Assembly: GCA_965249575.1 (NCBI GenBank)
Contig: OZ252244.1
Coordinates: forward strand, 608,001 to 672,000
Origin: Gemmatimonadales bacterium
Lineage (GTDB): Bacteria > Gemmatimonadota > Gemmatimonadetes > Gemmatimonadales > GWC2-71-9
DNA: 64,000 nt
Reading direction: 5' to 3'
The position numbers and the translations under genes are program-made. Shown here in pieces: positions 1 to 10,995 of this stretch. Position 1 is the first letter of the stretch. The number at the start of each line of letters is the position of its first letter. The notes beneath the pieces are model-generated. The model searched no databases and was not told the origin of the DNA. It saw only the letters and a program-made list of their open reading frames with translations.

Positions 1-67
1 GCCCCCTTCGTATCTTGACCGGTGTTAAGCCCGAGGAAACCGATTCGACACCCCCGACTACGCAGCC

Positions 68-2011
68 ATGAAACTCGTACTCCTACACACCAAAGAGTTC
101 GCCATCGCTCCGATCGCCGACGCCCTCGAGGTTGAGGGCGTCCAGTCGCGCGCGATCGATTCCGCCAGGGACCTGACGGTCGGCGATCAGCCCACAGCCC
201 TGGTACTCGACGTTCCCGACCGACCCGAGTTCACCGCCAACGATCTGCAAAGCTTCGTCGATTCGGGCGGTGCGGTCGTTGTCCTCGGCGGCCCCGATGA
301 GCGCGAGCTGCCCGACCACCCGACCGACGACCTCCTGGCGGCCTTCGTGCCCCACCCACACACTCGCCGCCACCTGCTCGTCGCGCTCCGGACCGCGTAC
401 CGCGAATCGGCGGCCGTCGCGGAGACGGCCCGGGCGCGCCACGAGGCGGCCTCACGAACCAAGGAGATCTCCGAGCTGACGCACATCGGTGTCGCGCTCG
501 CGACCGAACGCGACTACAACACGCTCCTCGATTTGATCCTCGAGCAGGCCAGGCGAATTGCCGGCGCCGACGCCGGCAGCCTCTACCTGGTCGAGGCGCC
601 CGACGAAGGGGCGAAACGCCTGCGCTTCAAGCTCGCACAGAACTATTCGCGGCCTGAGATTCCGTTCGTCGAGTTCACGATCCCAATCGATCAGACCAGC
701 ATCGCGGGGTACGTCGCCAGCACGGGCGAGCCGCTGGTGATCGATGACGCCTACTTCATCGCTCCGGACGTCCAGTATTCCATCAACCGGTCGTTCGACG
801 AGAAATACGGTTACCGCACGAAATCGCTGCTGACCATCCCCATGAAGGATCACAAGGAAGAGGTCATCGGCGTACTCCAGTTGATCAACCGCAAGCGCCA
901 CTTCGAAGCCAAGCTCGAGAAGCTCGATGACTTCGAGGTGGAGATCATTCCGTACAGCCGACGGATGGTGGACCTCGTCTCTTCCCTCGCGGGACAGGCA
1001 GCGGTCTCCATCGAGAACAGCCGGCTCTACGAGAGCATCGAGCGCCTGTTCGAGGGATTCGTCACCGCGGCGGTGACGGCGATCGAACAACGCGATCCGA
1101 CGACCTTTGGACACTCCGGCCGGGTGGCGAGCATGACAGTCGGCCTGGCGGAGACCGTGGATGGAGCGGGTGACGCCAAATACGGCGACATTCGCTTCAC
1201 GCGGGAAGAGTTGCGCGAAATTCGGTACGCCGGATTACTGCATGACTTCGGCAAGGTCGGCGTTCGAGAACAAGTCCTGGTGAAGGCCAAGAAGCTCTAT
1301 CCCCCCGATCTGTCGCTGGTCAGGCAGCGCTATGCGTTCATCCGCCGAACGGCGGAGCGGGATTTCCACGAGCAGCGGGCCCAGTACCTCGAGCAGGAGG
1401 GCAAAAATGGGTACGCCAAGTTCAGTAAGCAACTGGATTCGGAGCACAAAACACGGCTCGAAGAGCTAGACCGGTTCATGAAGCTGGTCACGGACTCCAA
1501 CGAGCCAACTGTCTTACCCGAAGGAAACTTTGCCGAGCTCATGCGATTCAGGGAGGCCCGTTACTTCGACATCGAGGGCGAGGAACAGCCGTACTTGACT
1601 GACGACGAAGCGCGCTATCTAACCATCCGAAAGGGAAGCCTGGATGACGCGGAGCGCGTCGAAATCGAAAGCCACGTCGCCCACACGTACCGCTTCCTAC
1701 TCCAGATCCCGTGGACCAAGGAATTGCAGCACATCCCGACGATCGCCTACGGCCATCACGAAAAACTGAACGGCAGCGGCTACCCGCGGCACGTCACTGC
1801 GGATTCGATTCCGATCCAGACGCGCATGATGACCATAGCGGACATTTTTGACGCGCTCACGGCCTCCGACCGTCCGTACAAACGGGCCGTGCCAGTGCCC
1901 CGCGCCCTCGACATCATGAATCACGAGGTCGACGACGGAATGCTGGATTCGGATCTCTTCAGCCTGTTCATCGACGCGAAGGTCTTCGAGCGGTCGCAAG
2001 ACGATCAATAG
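68..2011 (+). CDS. GAF + HD-GYP domain cyclic-dinucleotide phosphodiesterase
   Basis: GAF region (AGSLYL...KSLLTIPM...GVLQLIN), HDFGK and HHEKLNGSGYP motifs, ADIFDALT..RPYK. Confidence 0.9.
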   Translation: MKLVLLHTKEFAIAPIADALEVEGVQSRAIDSARDLTVGDQPTALVLDVPDRPEFTANDLQSFVDSGGAVVVLGGPDERELPDHPTDDLLAAFVPHPHTRRHLLVALRTAYRESAAVAETARARHEAASRTKEISELTHIGVALATERDYNTLLDLILEQARRIAGADAGSLYLVEAPDEGAKRLRFKLAQNYSRPEIPFVEFTIPIDQTSIAGYVASTGEPLVIDDAYFIAPDVQYSINRSFDEKYGYRTKSLLTIPMKDHKEEVIGVLQLINRKRHFEAKLEKLDDFEVEIIPYSRRMVDLVSSLAGQAAVSIENSRLYESIERLFEGFVTAAVTAIEQRDPTTFGHSGRVASMTVGLAETVDGAGDAKYGDIRFTREELREIRYAGLLHDFGKVGVREQVLVKAKKLYPPDLSLVRQRYAFIRRTAERDFHEQRAQYLEQEGKNGYAKFSKQLDSEHKTRLEELDRFMKLVTDSNEPTVLPEGNFAELMRFREARYFDIEGEEQPYLTDDEARYLTIRKGSLDDAERVEIESHVAHTYRFLLQIPWTKELQHIPTIAYGHHEKLNGSGYPRHVTADSIPIQTRMMTIADIFDALTASDRPYKRAVPVPRALDIMNHEVDDGMLDSDLFSLFIDAKVFERSQDDQ

Positions 2012-2035
2012 ACAACGGGATGAGACGCGGAGCGG

Positions 2036-3565
2036 TCAGCGCGGACTCGTGCGGCTCCGCGTAACGGCCAGCCCCAAAAGAATCGCTGTGCCGAGCAGGG
2101 CCCCCCACCCCACCCAGTCTCCGAGCCACGCGTAGGGCGGTAACCGATCGACCGTAAAGACTTCCCGCGACGCCACCGTCTCAAGGCCCGCGTCCGTGCG
2201 CAGTGAGCGGCCGACCGGATCGACAAACACCGATACCCCCGCATTCGCGACGCGTACGGCTCCGATTCTGTTTTCGATCGCCCGCATCACGATGTGCGCT
2301 AGGTGCTGTTCAACACCGAGCGTTCCCACGATCCAGGCGTCGTTCGTGATGTTGACGACCAGTTCCGCGCCGCGCCTCCGATACTCGCGAGCCAGCTCCT
2401 CGAATGCGGCCTCGAAGCAGATTAGGACGCCGAAGCGGGCGCTCGCCGCCTCGAACACCGGCGCCGTGTTTCCCGCCTGAAACGCTGCCACCCGTGTCCG
2501 CAAGCGGCCAACCAGCGGCATGCGCTCGACGAGGGGGACGAGCCGTCGCTTCCGGTAAACGCGAGGCCCACCGCCATGCCCTCCGGCGTCGAACAGGAAC
2601 GCCGCATTAAACCGTGTGACGCCCCTCGCAGGGAGCGTTTCTCGATCCTCCCCGCCCACTAAGACAGGCTTCCCCAACCGACCAGCCAACTCCGCAATCG
2701 CCCGTGAGGCGTCCGGTGTCGCGTGGAAGTAACCGAGGACCGCGGATTCCGGCCACACCAGCAGCCCGGCGTCCGATCTGAAGGCGCCCCGTCCTGAGAG
2801 CGCAACCATGTGCCGCAGCGACGATTCTCGCGCAGCCGGAGATGGTTCCGCTCGATAGCTCACGTTGGATTGGACAGCCGTGACCGTGCCAGCGGATCGC
2901 ATAGCAACGACTTCTGCTCGGACGGTGCCATACACATACGCAGCGAGCACGCCGAGCAGGACAGGCACGAAGAGCCGCGCCGAGCGCCGCGGGTGCTTCC
3001 GTCGCGTCCATGCAACTCCCAAGGCGGCGTTCGCCATGGCCAGCAGGAACGTGACTCCGCGGGCGCCGACCACGTCAGCGATTTGGACCAAGGTGACGTA
3101 TCCGGTGAGCGAGGTCCCGAGCCCGAGCCACGGGAACCGAACGGCGCCCTGGTGAGCGATGAGCCACTCTGACGCGGTCCAGACGAAAGGGAAAACCGTC
3201 ACCACGGTGATGCCGGTCCAGCGCGTGAGCCACCCGACGAGTCCAAACGCAATCGCCCCGTGGGCACCGAGAACGAGCAGTGCAAGTGGATATCCCGCCA
3301 AGAACACCGGGTTCACCCGGTTCAGGGCTATCGGCATCCAATACAGCAGGGCGGCGCTCGACAGGATACCGAACCAGAACCCCTGGGCCAGAAGCCGCCG
3401 GAGAGGTCGTCCGTCACGCTCCGCATCCCCGAGCGCCGCGACGACCGGTGCCAGGCACACGAAAGAGGGAATGAGCAGATGGAACGGGGGGTAGGCGAAG
3501 AAAAGGAGGATCGATCCGCTGATCAGCAGGAACCAGTCTCGGCGAGGCAATGCCAACCCGGTCAC
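2036..3565 (-). CDS. lnt: Apolipoprotein N-acyltransferase
   Basis: N-terminal TM helices, FPWLGLG, nitrilase triad in WPES / YRKRRLVP / LICFE, NITNDAW. Confidence 0.9.
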   Translation of the reverse strand: MTGLALPRRDWFLLISGSILLFFAYPPFHLLIPSFVCLAPVVAALGDAERDGRPLRRLLAQGFWFGILSSAALLYWMPIALNRVNPVFLAGYPLALLVLGAHGAIAFGLVGWLTRWTGITVVTVFPFVWTASEWLIAHQGAVRFPWLGLGTSLTGYVTLVQIADVVGARGVTFLLAMANAALGVAWTRRKHPRRSARLFVPVLLGVLAAYVYGTVRAEVVAMRSAGTVTAVQSNVSYRAEPSPAARESSLRHMVALSGRGAFRSDAGLLVWPESAVLGYFHATPDASRAIAELAGRLGKPVLVGGEDRETLPARGVTRFNAAFLFDAGGHGGGPRVYRKRRLVPLVERMPLVGRLRTRVAAFQAGNTAPVFEAASARFGVLICFEAAFEELAREYRRRGAELVVNITNDAWIVGTLGVEQHLAHIVMRAIENRIGAVRVANAGVSVFVDPVGRSLRTDAGLETVASREVFTVDRLPPYAWLGDWVGWGALLGTAILLGLAVTRSRTSPR

Positions 3566-4572
3566 GGGGCCACGGCGCCCCCCTCCCGCGCCGCGCGCTC
3601 CGCGGCCGCTACGAGGCGGTGGAGTACAACCTGATCATCGAGATCCGGTGCCGGCTGTTCGCCGCGTGTCACGGCGAGAAACTGCGCCCACTCGGCGAGG
3701 TATGAAGCGGTAAAAACATGCTGCCCGGCCGCCCCCAAGGACGGTGTGACATCGGCCGGCACGCCGTGCGCCTCTGTAAACACTCTCAGCGGGCCGATGC
3801 TCGCAGATCCCTTCGAGCCCATCGCTTCAAACCAGAGTCGTTCCGCGTCACCCATGTGATGCCACGAAACATCCACGAAGATCGAAAGATCGTTCTCGCA
3901 TGCGAGCAGGACGCATCCCGAATCCTCGACTCCTGCGCCGCGGTCAACTCCGGAGAAGGCACTGGTGACGTGCGTGACCTGGGGATGCCCCGCCACCCAA
4001 AGTGACAGATCGATGAGTGGAAGGCCCAGGTCGAGGACTGCACCACCCCCGGACTCGGCCCTACGTCGTCGCCACGTCAGCGCGGACCGGGACGGACGAA
4101 ACACGTACCACCCAGCTCGAATGGCTTTCAGCTGCCCGAGCTCCGGCTGGCCCACGAAGCCGCGGATCGCCCGCACGTCTGAGCGGTACCGATGATTCAT
4201 ACCTACCATGACGGGTCGACCGGCGTGGCCACTCGCCTCGATGATTCTCTCCACTCCGGCAGCCGACAGGGCCAGTGGCCGCTCACACAGCACGCTCGCG
4301 CCGTGGGATAGGGCGGTCAGGATGTGTACCTCGTGCAGATGATTCGGGGTGCAGATGACGACGATGTCGGGCTTGGAGTAAGCCAGGAGCGCCTCGATGT
4401 CATCGTAGGCATCGCGGACGCCGAATCGTAAGCCCAGTGCCTGTGCCTTCGGGAGGTCGTTGTCGCAAATCGCAACCACCTCCGACTCGTCGAGTTTCGT
4501 CGCCACGGGGAGGTGCGCCACCTGGGCAATACTACCTGCTCCCACGACACCGATACGGACAGTCGATGTCAC
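3562..4572 (-). CDS. Gfo/Idh/MocA family oxidoreductase
   Basis: RIGVVGAGSIA Rossmann start, CTPNHLH, LCERP, GGGAVLDLG. Confidence 0.9.
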   Translation of the reverse strand: MTSTVRIGVVGAGSIAQVAHLPVATKLDESEVVAICDNDLPKAQALGLRFGVRDAYDDIEALLAYSKPDIVVICTPNHLHEVHILTALSHGASVLCERPLALSAAGVERIIEASGHAGRPVMVGMNHRYRSDVRAIRGFVGQPELGQLKAIRAGWYVFRPSRSALTWRRRRAESGGGAVLDLGLPLIDLSLWVAGHPQVTHVTSAFSGVDRGAGVEDSGCVLLACENDLSIFVDVSWHHMGDAERLWFEAMGSKGSASIGPLRVFTEAHGVPADVTPSLGAAGQHVFTASYLAEWAQFLAVTRGEQPAPDLDDQVVLHRLVAAAERAAREGGAVAP

Positions 4573-5222
4573 CGGGGTGTCGCTTGAGGAATCCGTATCA
4601 TTAGTCCCCCCCGTCCCACGATCGATCGCAGCTCGTCGGTCAGCACTCCCCGAACGTCAGTGCTGAGATATAGTTGCCCGCTGATCTTTATCAGAGCTCC
4701 GACAGACGCGTTTACTCCCCCCGCGACGGTATCCAGTGCATCCTCGACAAACGTCCCGTCGATAGCCGCGCCAGAGCCGTTACGCCAGTGGAGTCCCACA
4801 CCCAGTCCAATGAAGGGTACGAACGACTCGGAGCCGGGGATCATGTATTGGAGATCGAGGTCCGCCACGAGATGCGACCAACGAATGGTCCCGACCACGA
4901 TATCGAAGTCGTTGGAGGGATCGACGACCACCCGTCGCAAGCTCGCCTCGAACTTACCGATCTCGTCGGCATTGAAGTCGCTACGGAACCAGCTCAGGCC
5001 GGTCAATACGCGGACCCGCGGCGCGATGAAACCGTGGTCAACTCGAACAGCCGGCGAAACGGTAGACTGCACCCGATCGGACGCGATGGCTCCGAACTCG
5101 ATGCCGACTCCGGAGAAACGCATCCCCTCGTAGCTGAACTGGTCGAGGATTCCCTGGGCCCGGAGACCCTGAGGGACGACGATCGCGAAGAGCGCGGCGG
5201 TCAGCCTAATACCAGCGGTCAA
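4569..5222 (-). CDS. Secreted outer-membrane beta-barrel-like hypothetical protein
   Basis: Signal peptide, alternating beta-strand pattern (PFIGLGVGLHW), overlaps neighbours in operon. Confidence 0.6.
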   Translation of the reverse strand: MTAGIRLTAALFAIVVPQGLRAQGILDQFSYEGMRFSGVGIEFGAIASDRVQSTVSPAVRVDHGFIAPRVRVLTGLSWFRSDFNADEIGKFEASLRRVVVDPSNDFDIVVGTIRWSHLVADLDLQYMIPGSESFVPFIGLGVGLHWRNGSGAAIDGTFVEDALDTVAGGVNASVGALIKISGQLYLSTDVRGVLTDELRSIVGRGGLMIRIPQATPR

Positions 5223-6456
5223 TGCGAGTTCCGGGAAAGTATTTTGTCACGATGGTGTTGTAGCTCTGCCCAGCACGAGCCCGGCCCACCGCGCCCCACT
5301 GGCACATTCCAACCCCATGGCCCCAACCCGCCCCAGCGGCCGTGAAGATCAGCCCGCGGTCCCCGTCGCGCTTCGTGGAGATCTGGACGGCGGTACTGCT
5401 GAGGGCTTGCCCGTCGGGTCGCCTAAAAACCGAGCGGATTTCGGGACCGGGCACCGCGATTTCACCGCCTGCCATCCGTACTCGGACCTCGGTCGCCCTA
5501 CCGGACTCACCCGTCCGCGCAACCCGCACGTCGCGGACTTCGTCCAGCTTCTCTGGGGCCACGCCGAGCGTTGCCCTCACCGATTGTCGAAGGATATTCC
5601 GGAGGGTGGCCGCATCCCACTCGACACGCCAGCGGAAGTGGGGTGAGATATCGCAGTAGTACCCACCTCGCTTCTTGTCGGTCACGGAACGCAGGTAGGG
5701 TCGAGCGGCCACCGAGTGGAACACTTCCTCGGGCGAGGCAGTCGCGAAACCGCATGTCGAGTGAAAAAACGGTGCAATGAGACGGCGGCGGTAGGTAACC
5801 ACTCGGCCCGCGGTCGATCTCACCGCTTCGCTCCCCCGTGGCATCTCAGCATCGACGCCGCCGTACGCCTGATCGGAAACGGATCCACGCACGTCGAAGC
5901 CTTCCGAGGCGAATCGTCCCCTGTTCGACAATGCGTAGGTCCGGGAAACGACAGCTTGAGCGCGGAGCGCTTCGATTTCATCGGCTGTTCTGGATCCGAT
6001 CTCCTGCGCAACGACGCCGCGCAGATACGCCTCGAGCGCCACCCGGTTCACGACGGTCAAGCCACCGCCTTTTTGAAACACCTCGACCGTTCCCCGGTAG
6101 GGCCTGCCATTGACGAGAACGTGCTGGCCCGGATCGAGGGTGGCAAAGGTCAAGCGCTCGTATCGCCCCTCGCTTCCTCGGCCGCGCACTTGGATGCCCA
6201 GGCCCGCCGGAACGATCGCGCTCGGCCGATCCGCCTGGATACGAAACCCGAGATCACCGTTCGCGACGGCGGCAACGTCTCCCTGTCCACCAACGGTGAC
6301 CTCCTCGACTCCCACGAGGAGACCAACGCGAATATCGGGCTCACGGGCCTCCCGGGAGGGAGCGCGCGGATACCCGCACGCCGCAACCGAGGTCGCCGTG
6401 ACGCTAGCCGCGAGCGGCGCGAACCATCGCGCTCGCCAGCCGTTCGATCGTCTCAT
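5206..6456 (-). CDS. SpoIID/LytB domain lytic transglycosylase (lipoprotein)
   Basis: LEAYLRGVV..E, EALRAQAVVSRTYA, DQAYGG, FHSTCG, GWGHGVGMCQWGA; start taken at ATG 6456 (uncertain). Confidence 0.9.
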   Translation of the reverse strand: MRRSNGWRARWFAPLAASVTATSVAACGYPRAPSREAREPDIRVGLLVGVEEVTVGGQGDVAAVANGDLGFRIQADRPSAIVPAGLGIQVRGRGSEGRYERLTFATLDPGQHVLVNGRPYRGTVEVFQKGGGLTVVNRVALEAYLRGVVAQEIGSRTADEIEALRAQAVVSRTYALSNRGRFASEGFDVRGSVSDQAYGGVDAEMPRGSEAVRSTAGRVVTYRRRLIAPFFHSTCGFATASPEEVFHSVAARPYLRSVTDKKRGGYYCDISPHFRWRVEWDAATLRNILRQSVRATLGVAPEKLDEVRDVRVARTGESGRATEVRVRMAGGEIAVPGPEIRSVFRRPDGQALSSTAVQISTKRDGDRGLIFTAAGAGWGHGVGMCQWGAVGRARAGQSYNTIVTKYFPGTRIDRWY

Positions 6457-7690
6457 CGATGAGGTCGTCGGTGTGGGCCGCCGACACGAAGGCAGTTTCG
6501 AAGGGGGACGGAGGGAGCAGTACTCCCCCCTCACGCGCCGCGCGATGAAACCGGACGAAGAGATCCGTATCGGACTGGCGCGCCGCCGCAAAATCGGTCA
6601 CCGGGCCCGGATGAAAGTAGATCCCCCACATCGACCCGACATGGGCTGCGGTCAGCGGCACTCCCGCCCCTCGAGCGGCAGTCGACAGCCCCTGCGTGAG
6701 TTTCTCCGTGCGCTGCTCCAACGCCTCGTACAAGCCGTCGGATCGGGCAACGTCGAGAACCGCCAACCCCGCCGCCGTCGCAAGCGGATTACCGGAGAGC
6801 GTTCCCGCCTGGTACACCGGGCCCGCCGGCGCAATGCACTGCATCAAGTCACGCCGACCGCCGTACGCCGCCAGCGGCACACCCCCTCCGATGACCTTGC
6901 CCATCGTGGTGAGGTCCGCTCGAATGCCGAAACGGGACTGCGCCCCGCCTTCGTGGACGCGAAACCCGGTCATCACTTCATCGAAGATGAGCAGTGCACC
7001 CTCGGACCGAGTGAGGTCGCGCAAAGCGGAGAGAAATCCCTCGACCGGGGGAATGCATCCCACGTTGCCCAGTACCGGCTCTATGATAACGGCCGCCACA
7101 TTGCCGGCGTGGTGAGTGAGCACCTGCCGCACCGCGTCCGCATTGTTGAACGGGCACGTGACCGTGAGGCGAGCCACGTCGGCGGGCACCCCGGGACTGT
7201 CCGGGAGGCCCAGTGTGGCCACCCCGCTTCCCGCCGCGACGAGAAATCCATCCGCATGCCCATGGTAGCCGCCGTGGAACTTGATCACGAGATCGCGCTT
7301 CGTCACTGCACGAGCGAGCCGCACCGCGGACATCGTGGCTTCCGTCCCGCTGTTCACGAAGCGCACGACGTCCACGGAAGGAACCAACTCGACGATCCGT
7401 TCCGCCAGGGCGATCTCCCCGGGCTGGGTGAGTCCGTAGGTCGTGCCTCGTCCAACCGCGTCGTGGAGCGCGGCGCGAACTTTGGGGTGGTCGTGACCGA
7501 GGAGGAGCGCGCCCCACGAGAGTACGTAGTCGATGAACTCCTCGCCATCCGCGTCTACGACGTGCGCTCCCTGCGCCTCGCGAACGATCAGTGGGAGTTC
7601 ATTCACCGCGCCAAACGCGCGGACTGGTGAGTTCACTCCTCCGACGAGAACGGCCTGCGCGCGAGCGATGAGCTCGGCGGTCTTCGTCAC
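6404..7690 (-). CDS. hemL: Glutamate-1-semialdehyde 2,1-aminomutase
   Basis: GGVNSPVRAF, VNSGTEATM, FDEVMTGFR, GKVIGGG, YQAGTLSGNP. Confidence 0.97.
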   Translation of the reverse strand: MTKTAELIARAQAVLVGGVNSPVRAFGAVNELPLIVREAQGAHVVDADGEEFIDYVLSWGALLLGHDHPKVRAALHDAVGRGTTYGLTQPGEIALAERIVELVPSVDVVRFVNSGTEATMSAVRLARAVTKRDLVIKFHGGYHGHADGFLVAAGSGVATLGLPDSPGVPADVARLTVTCPFNNADAVRQVLTHHAGNVAAVIIEPVLGNVGCIPPVEGFLSALRDLTRSEGALLIFDEVMTGFRVHEGGAQSRFGIRADLTTMGKVIGGGVPLAAYGGRRDLMQCIAPAGPVYQAGTLSGNPLATAAGLAVLDVARSDGLYEALEQRTEKLTQGLSTAARGAGVPLTAAHVGSMWGIYFHPGPVTDFAAARQSDTDLFVRFHRAAREGGVLLPPSPFETAFVSAAHTDDLIDETIERLASAMVRAARG

Positions 7691-9006
7691 GACGCGGGGA
7701 CCGCGCGAAAGTCGAAATCTTCGCTACTCGTAATTCGGACCTTCATGATGTCCCCGGCTCCGGCCCAGCCGCCCGCGGATAGCCGAGTGACCCCGTCGAC
7801 GTCGTCGGCCTGCCAGACAACTCGCCCGACGTGTGTCACACCCTCGAGATCGGGATCCGTGATTTCATCCACCAACAGGTCGACCTCACGTCCAACGAAA
7901 CGGCTCAGGCGCTCCGACGAAATGGCGCGCTGAAGCTCCAACAACTCCTGTTCACGCTCGAGTTGGACTTCGTCGGGAACGTCGTCCTCGTACTCTGCCG
8001 CCCGCGTTCCGTCTTGCGGAGAAAATGCGAACACCCCGAGGCGCTCGAAGCCTACCTCGTCGGCGAAATCACACAGCGTGCGGAAGTCCTCGTCCCGCTC
8101 CCCCGGGAAGCCCACCAGCGCGGTGCTGCGGATCGCGATGTCCGGAACGGCTCCGCGCAGCCACGCCACTTTTTTCCGGATCGTGTCCTGCCGCTCGGGA
8201 CGCCGCATGCGTTCCAACATGCGATCGGAGCCGTGTTGAATCGGTATATCGATGTAGGGCACGACGCGCGGTTGCCGCGCCATAAGGCTCACGAGGCCCT
8301 CGCTGAGCCCAGCGGAGTACACGTACAGTAGCCGGAACCACGGGACCGAGGTTTCGGTGAGTAACGCGTCAAGCAGCTCCGGTAGCTTGGGACCGGACCG
8401 GCCGAGATCGCGACCATAGTGGCCGAGATCCTGCGCGACCAGATTGATCTCCTTGGCGCCCTGTCTCTCAAGCTCCTGAGCCTCGGCGACCAAGCGCTCG
8501 AGAGGCTCCGATCGATGCTTGCCGCGCATGAGTGGAATGGCACAGAAGGCACAGGTATGGTCGCAGCCTTCGGAGATCTTGAGATACCGCACATGTGGCC
8601 CTTCCCCCACGTACTGGCGGACGCCCGGGTGCCGGCCAGCCGGGTTTTCGCCAAGCAGACCACGCGCAACCAGCTCGGGAACGAGCGTCGGGAGCTCACG
8701 AAATCCCAGGAAGAGGTCCACCTCGGGCATCTCCGCAGCCAGTTCGGCGCGGTAGCGTTGGACCAAACAGCCGACCACAACGACCGCGTTGACCCGCCCC
8801 TGCTCCTTGAGGGCGGCAGCCTCCAGAATTGCGTCAATCGACTCGCGTTTCGCGGCGTCAATGAAACCACAGGTGTTGATGAGGATGACGTCGGCACCGG
8901 CGGGATCGGCGACCACCTTTGCTCCGTGGCCGACCAGGTTCCCGACGACCCGCTCCGAATCGACGGTCGCCTTGTCACACCCCAGAGACACGACGCCGAG
9001 CTTCAC
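7687..9006 (-). CDS. rimO: Ribosomal protein S12 methylthiotransferase
   Basis: SLGC..ATVDSE, NTCGFI, KISEGCDHTCAFCAIP radical SAM motif, C-terminal TRAM-like domain. Confidence 0.95.
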   Translation of the reverse strand: MKLGVVSLGCDKATVDSERVVGNLVGHGAKVVADPAGADVILINTCGFIDAAKRESIDAILEAAALKEQGRVNAVVVVGCLVQRYRAELAAEMPEVDLFLGFRELPTLVPELVARGLLGENPAGRHPGVRQYVGEGPHVRYLKISEGCDHTCAFCAIPLMRGKHRSEPLERLVAEAQELERQGAKEINLVAQDLGHYGRDLGRSGPKLPELLDALLTETSVPWFRLLYVYSAGLSEGLVSLMARQPRVVPYIDIPIQHGSDRMLERMRRPERQDTIRKKVAWLRGAVPDIAIRSTALVGFPGERDEDFRTLCDFADEVGFERLGVFAFSPQDGTRAAEYEDDVPDEVQLEREQELLELQRAISSERLSRFVGREVDLLVDEITDPDLEGVTHVGRVVWQADDVDGVTRLSAGGWAGAGDIMKVRITSSEDFDFRAVPAS

Positions 9007-9506
9007 GACCGGTAGTTGCCGAAGGTGAGCTCGAGGCCGAAGTCCTGCTCCTGCAAGAACTGGATGACGTCTTGCAGGACATCCCTGGATGCCCCCGAAA
9101 CGCGCAGCTCGTCGCCTTGTATCGCGATCTGCACCTTTTTGAACTTGCGCTCCTTCACTGCCTTGACGATCCTGCGCGCCGTGTCGGTGGGGATCCCCTG
9201 CTCGAGCTGAATCTCGCGGCGTACGGTCCCTCCGGCCGCCGGCTCTACCTCGCCAACCTGGAGGTTCTTCAATGGCACTCCCCGCTTGACCAGCTTCCCC
9301 TGGAGGATGTCGAAGAGTGCTTTCATCTTGAAATCGTCGTCGGCCACCAGGTCGACCTGTGCCTTGGCCCGGTCGAACGTCACGGCGCTCCGCGATCCCT
9401 TGAAGTCGTAGCGCTGGCGGACCTCTTTCATCGTCTGATTGACCGCGTTATCGACCTCTTGGAGATCGGCGCCGGTCGAGACGTCAAAGGAGGATTGGCC
9501 AGCCAT
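9003..9506 (-). CDS. yajQ: YajQ family cyclic di-GMP-binding protein
   Basis: SFDVS...QEVDNAVNQ...RYDFKGS...IQGDELRVSG...FGNYR; ATG at 9506. Confidence 0.95.
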   Translation of the reverse strand: MAGQSSFDVSTGADLQEVDNAVNQTMKEVRQRYDFKGSRSAVTFDRAKAQVDLVADDDFKMKALFDILQGKLVKRGVPLKNLQVGEVEPAAGGTVRREIQLEQGIPTDTARRIVKAVKERKFKKVQIAIQGDELRVSGASRDVLQDVIQFLQEQDFGLELTFGNYRS

Positions 9507-9600
9507 GCTGCGCAATATATAGAGGACGGGGGACGGAAGGACAGCGACGAGAAGGGCAGTTCCCGCGGACCACAAGAGCGATCAACGCGGGATCCGCTCG

Positions 9601-10458
9601 TTACCCGAGAAAGCTCTCCAGTGCTCGAGCCCTGCTGACGTGGCGTAGCCGGGCGAGCGACTTTTCTTTGATCTGACGCACTCGCTCGCGCGTAATCCCC
9701 AGCATGCTCCCGATCTCCTCCAGCGTCATCGGCTCTTGCCCATCGAGACCGAAGTACAACCGCAGGATCTTGCCTTCGCGCTCCTTGAGCGTCGAAAGCA
9801 CTTCTTCGATGGACTCTGACAACGCGTGCTCGAACGTCTCGTCGTCCGGACCTGGGTTTTGCGTGTCGGGGAGATAATCGAGGAGTTTGTTGTCTTCGCC
9901 CGGCGTGAGAGGAGCGTCGAGCGATAAGTGGCTCTGCGAGATGGAGAGGGTCTTGGCCACTTCGTCCTGGGAGATTTCCATTCCCTCTGCGATCTCCTCG
10001 ACGGTGGGTTCTCGACCCAGTTCCTGGAGGAGGGCGGATGATCGCTTCCCGATACGATGGAGGGTTCCGGCGCGGTTCAGCGGAACCCGGACAATGCGGC
10101 TCTGCTCGGCCAGGGCCTGAAGGATGGCTTGCCGGATCCACCACACCGCGTAGGAGATGAACTTGATCCCCTTGGTTTCGTCGAACTTGTGAGCCGCCCG
10201 GATCAACCCGAGGTTGCCCTCGTTGATGAGATCGGAGAGGCTCACTCCCTGATTCTGGTACTTCTTGGCTACTGACACCACGAACCGCAGGTTACTGCGC
10301 ACGAGTTTATCGAGCGATTCTTCGCACTGCTCGCGAATGCGCTGAGCGAGCCGCACTTCCTCTTCTCGATTGATGAGGGGGTACTGGCTGATCTCGCGCA
10401 GATACTGATCGAGCGAGCCTTCGTCCGACGGTACCTTCTTGGCCGAACTCATTCGCAT
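9601..10458 (-). CDS. RNA polymerase sigma-70 factor (RpoD/RpoS-like, no region 1.1)
   Basis: SLDQYLREI, NLRFVVSVAKKY, DLINEGNLGL, FISYAVWWIRQAI, TRERVRQI. Confidence 0.95.
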   Translation of the reverse strand: MRMSSAKKVPSDEGSLDQYLREISQYPLINREEEVRLAQRIREQCEESLDKLVRSNLRFVVSVAKKYQNQGVSLSDLINEGNLGLIRAAHKFDETKGIKFISYAVWWIRQAILQALAEQSRIVRVPLNRAGTLHRIGKRSSALLQELGREPTVEEIAEGMEISQDEVAKTLSISQSHLSLDAPLTPGEDNKLLDYLPDTQNPGPDDETFEHALSESIEEVLSTLKEREGKILRLYFGLDGQEPMTLEEIGSMLGITRERVRQIKEKSLARLRHVSRARALESFLG

Positions 10459-10743
10459 GCGGTTTGATCCCTCCGGTGAGGGCTGGGCGCTACGCGCCGC
10501 CCGACACGATGAAGGATTCCCACCTGGGCGTTGGAACAACTCGGCGAACATGGTGAGAAGCTGACGACGGCGGTCCAACGATCCCAACTCGTTCAATCAG
10601 CATTTCCGTTTGCCCCGAGCGCGCGCCACTTGATCTCGGCGACCGGAACCGATCCGAGCCGCCGTGGCTTGGCAGTACGACATTGTTTGTCGTGAACACT
10701 CGATGGAACGGGGAAGGGTCCGTATGCATACCTGCACTTTACG

Positions 10744-10995
10744 TTACTCAGGCTCGATGAGCGGCGCAACCGTCACCGACCATCCCCGAGCACAAGCCCA
10801 CGAGCGGAGTGCATTCCTGAGCTCGGCGTAGGGGCACTCGTGATCGACCGTCGCCGCGGCGCAGGCAACTCGATCGCCCGACGCAAACCGTACCCCGCGC
10901 ACTCGGGCCAGCGGAATGCTGGCGAGTGCGTCTTCGTCCAGATTCGTGCCCCCAGCGTTGAGAATCACCGCGACGGCCCTGTACCGGTATCCCAT
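10744..10995 (-). CDS. Small hypothetical protein
   Basis: 83-aa ORF co-oriented between response regulator and sigma factor. Confidence 0.45.
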   Translation of the reverse strand: MGYRYRAVAVILNAGGTNLDEDALASIPLARVRGVRFASGDRVACAAATVDHECPYAELRNALRSWACARGWSVTVAPLIEPE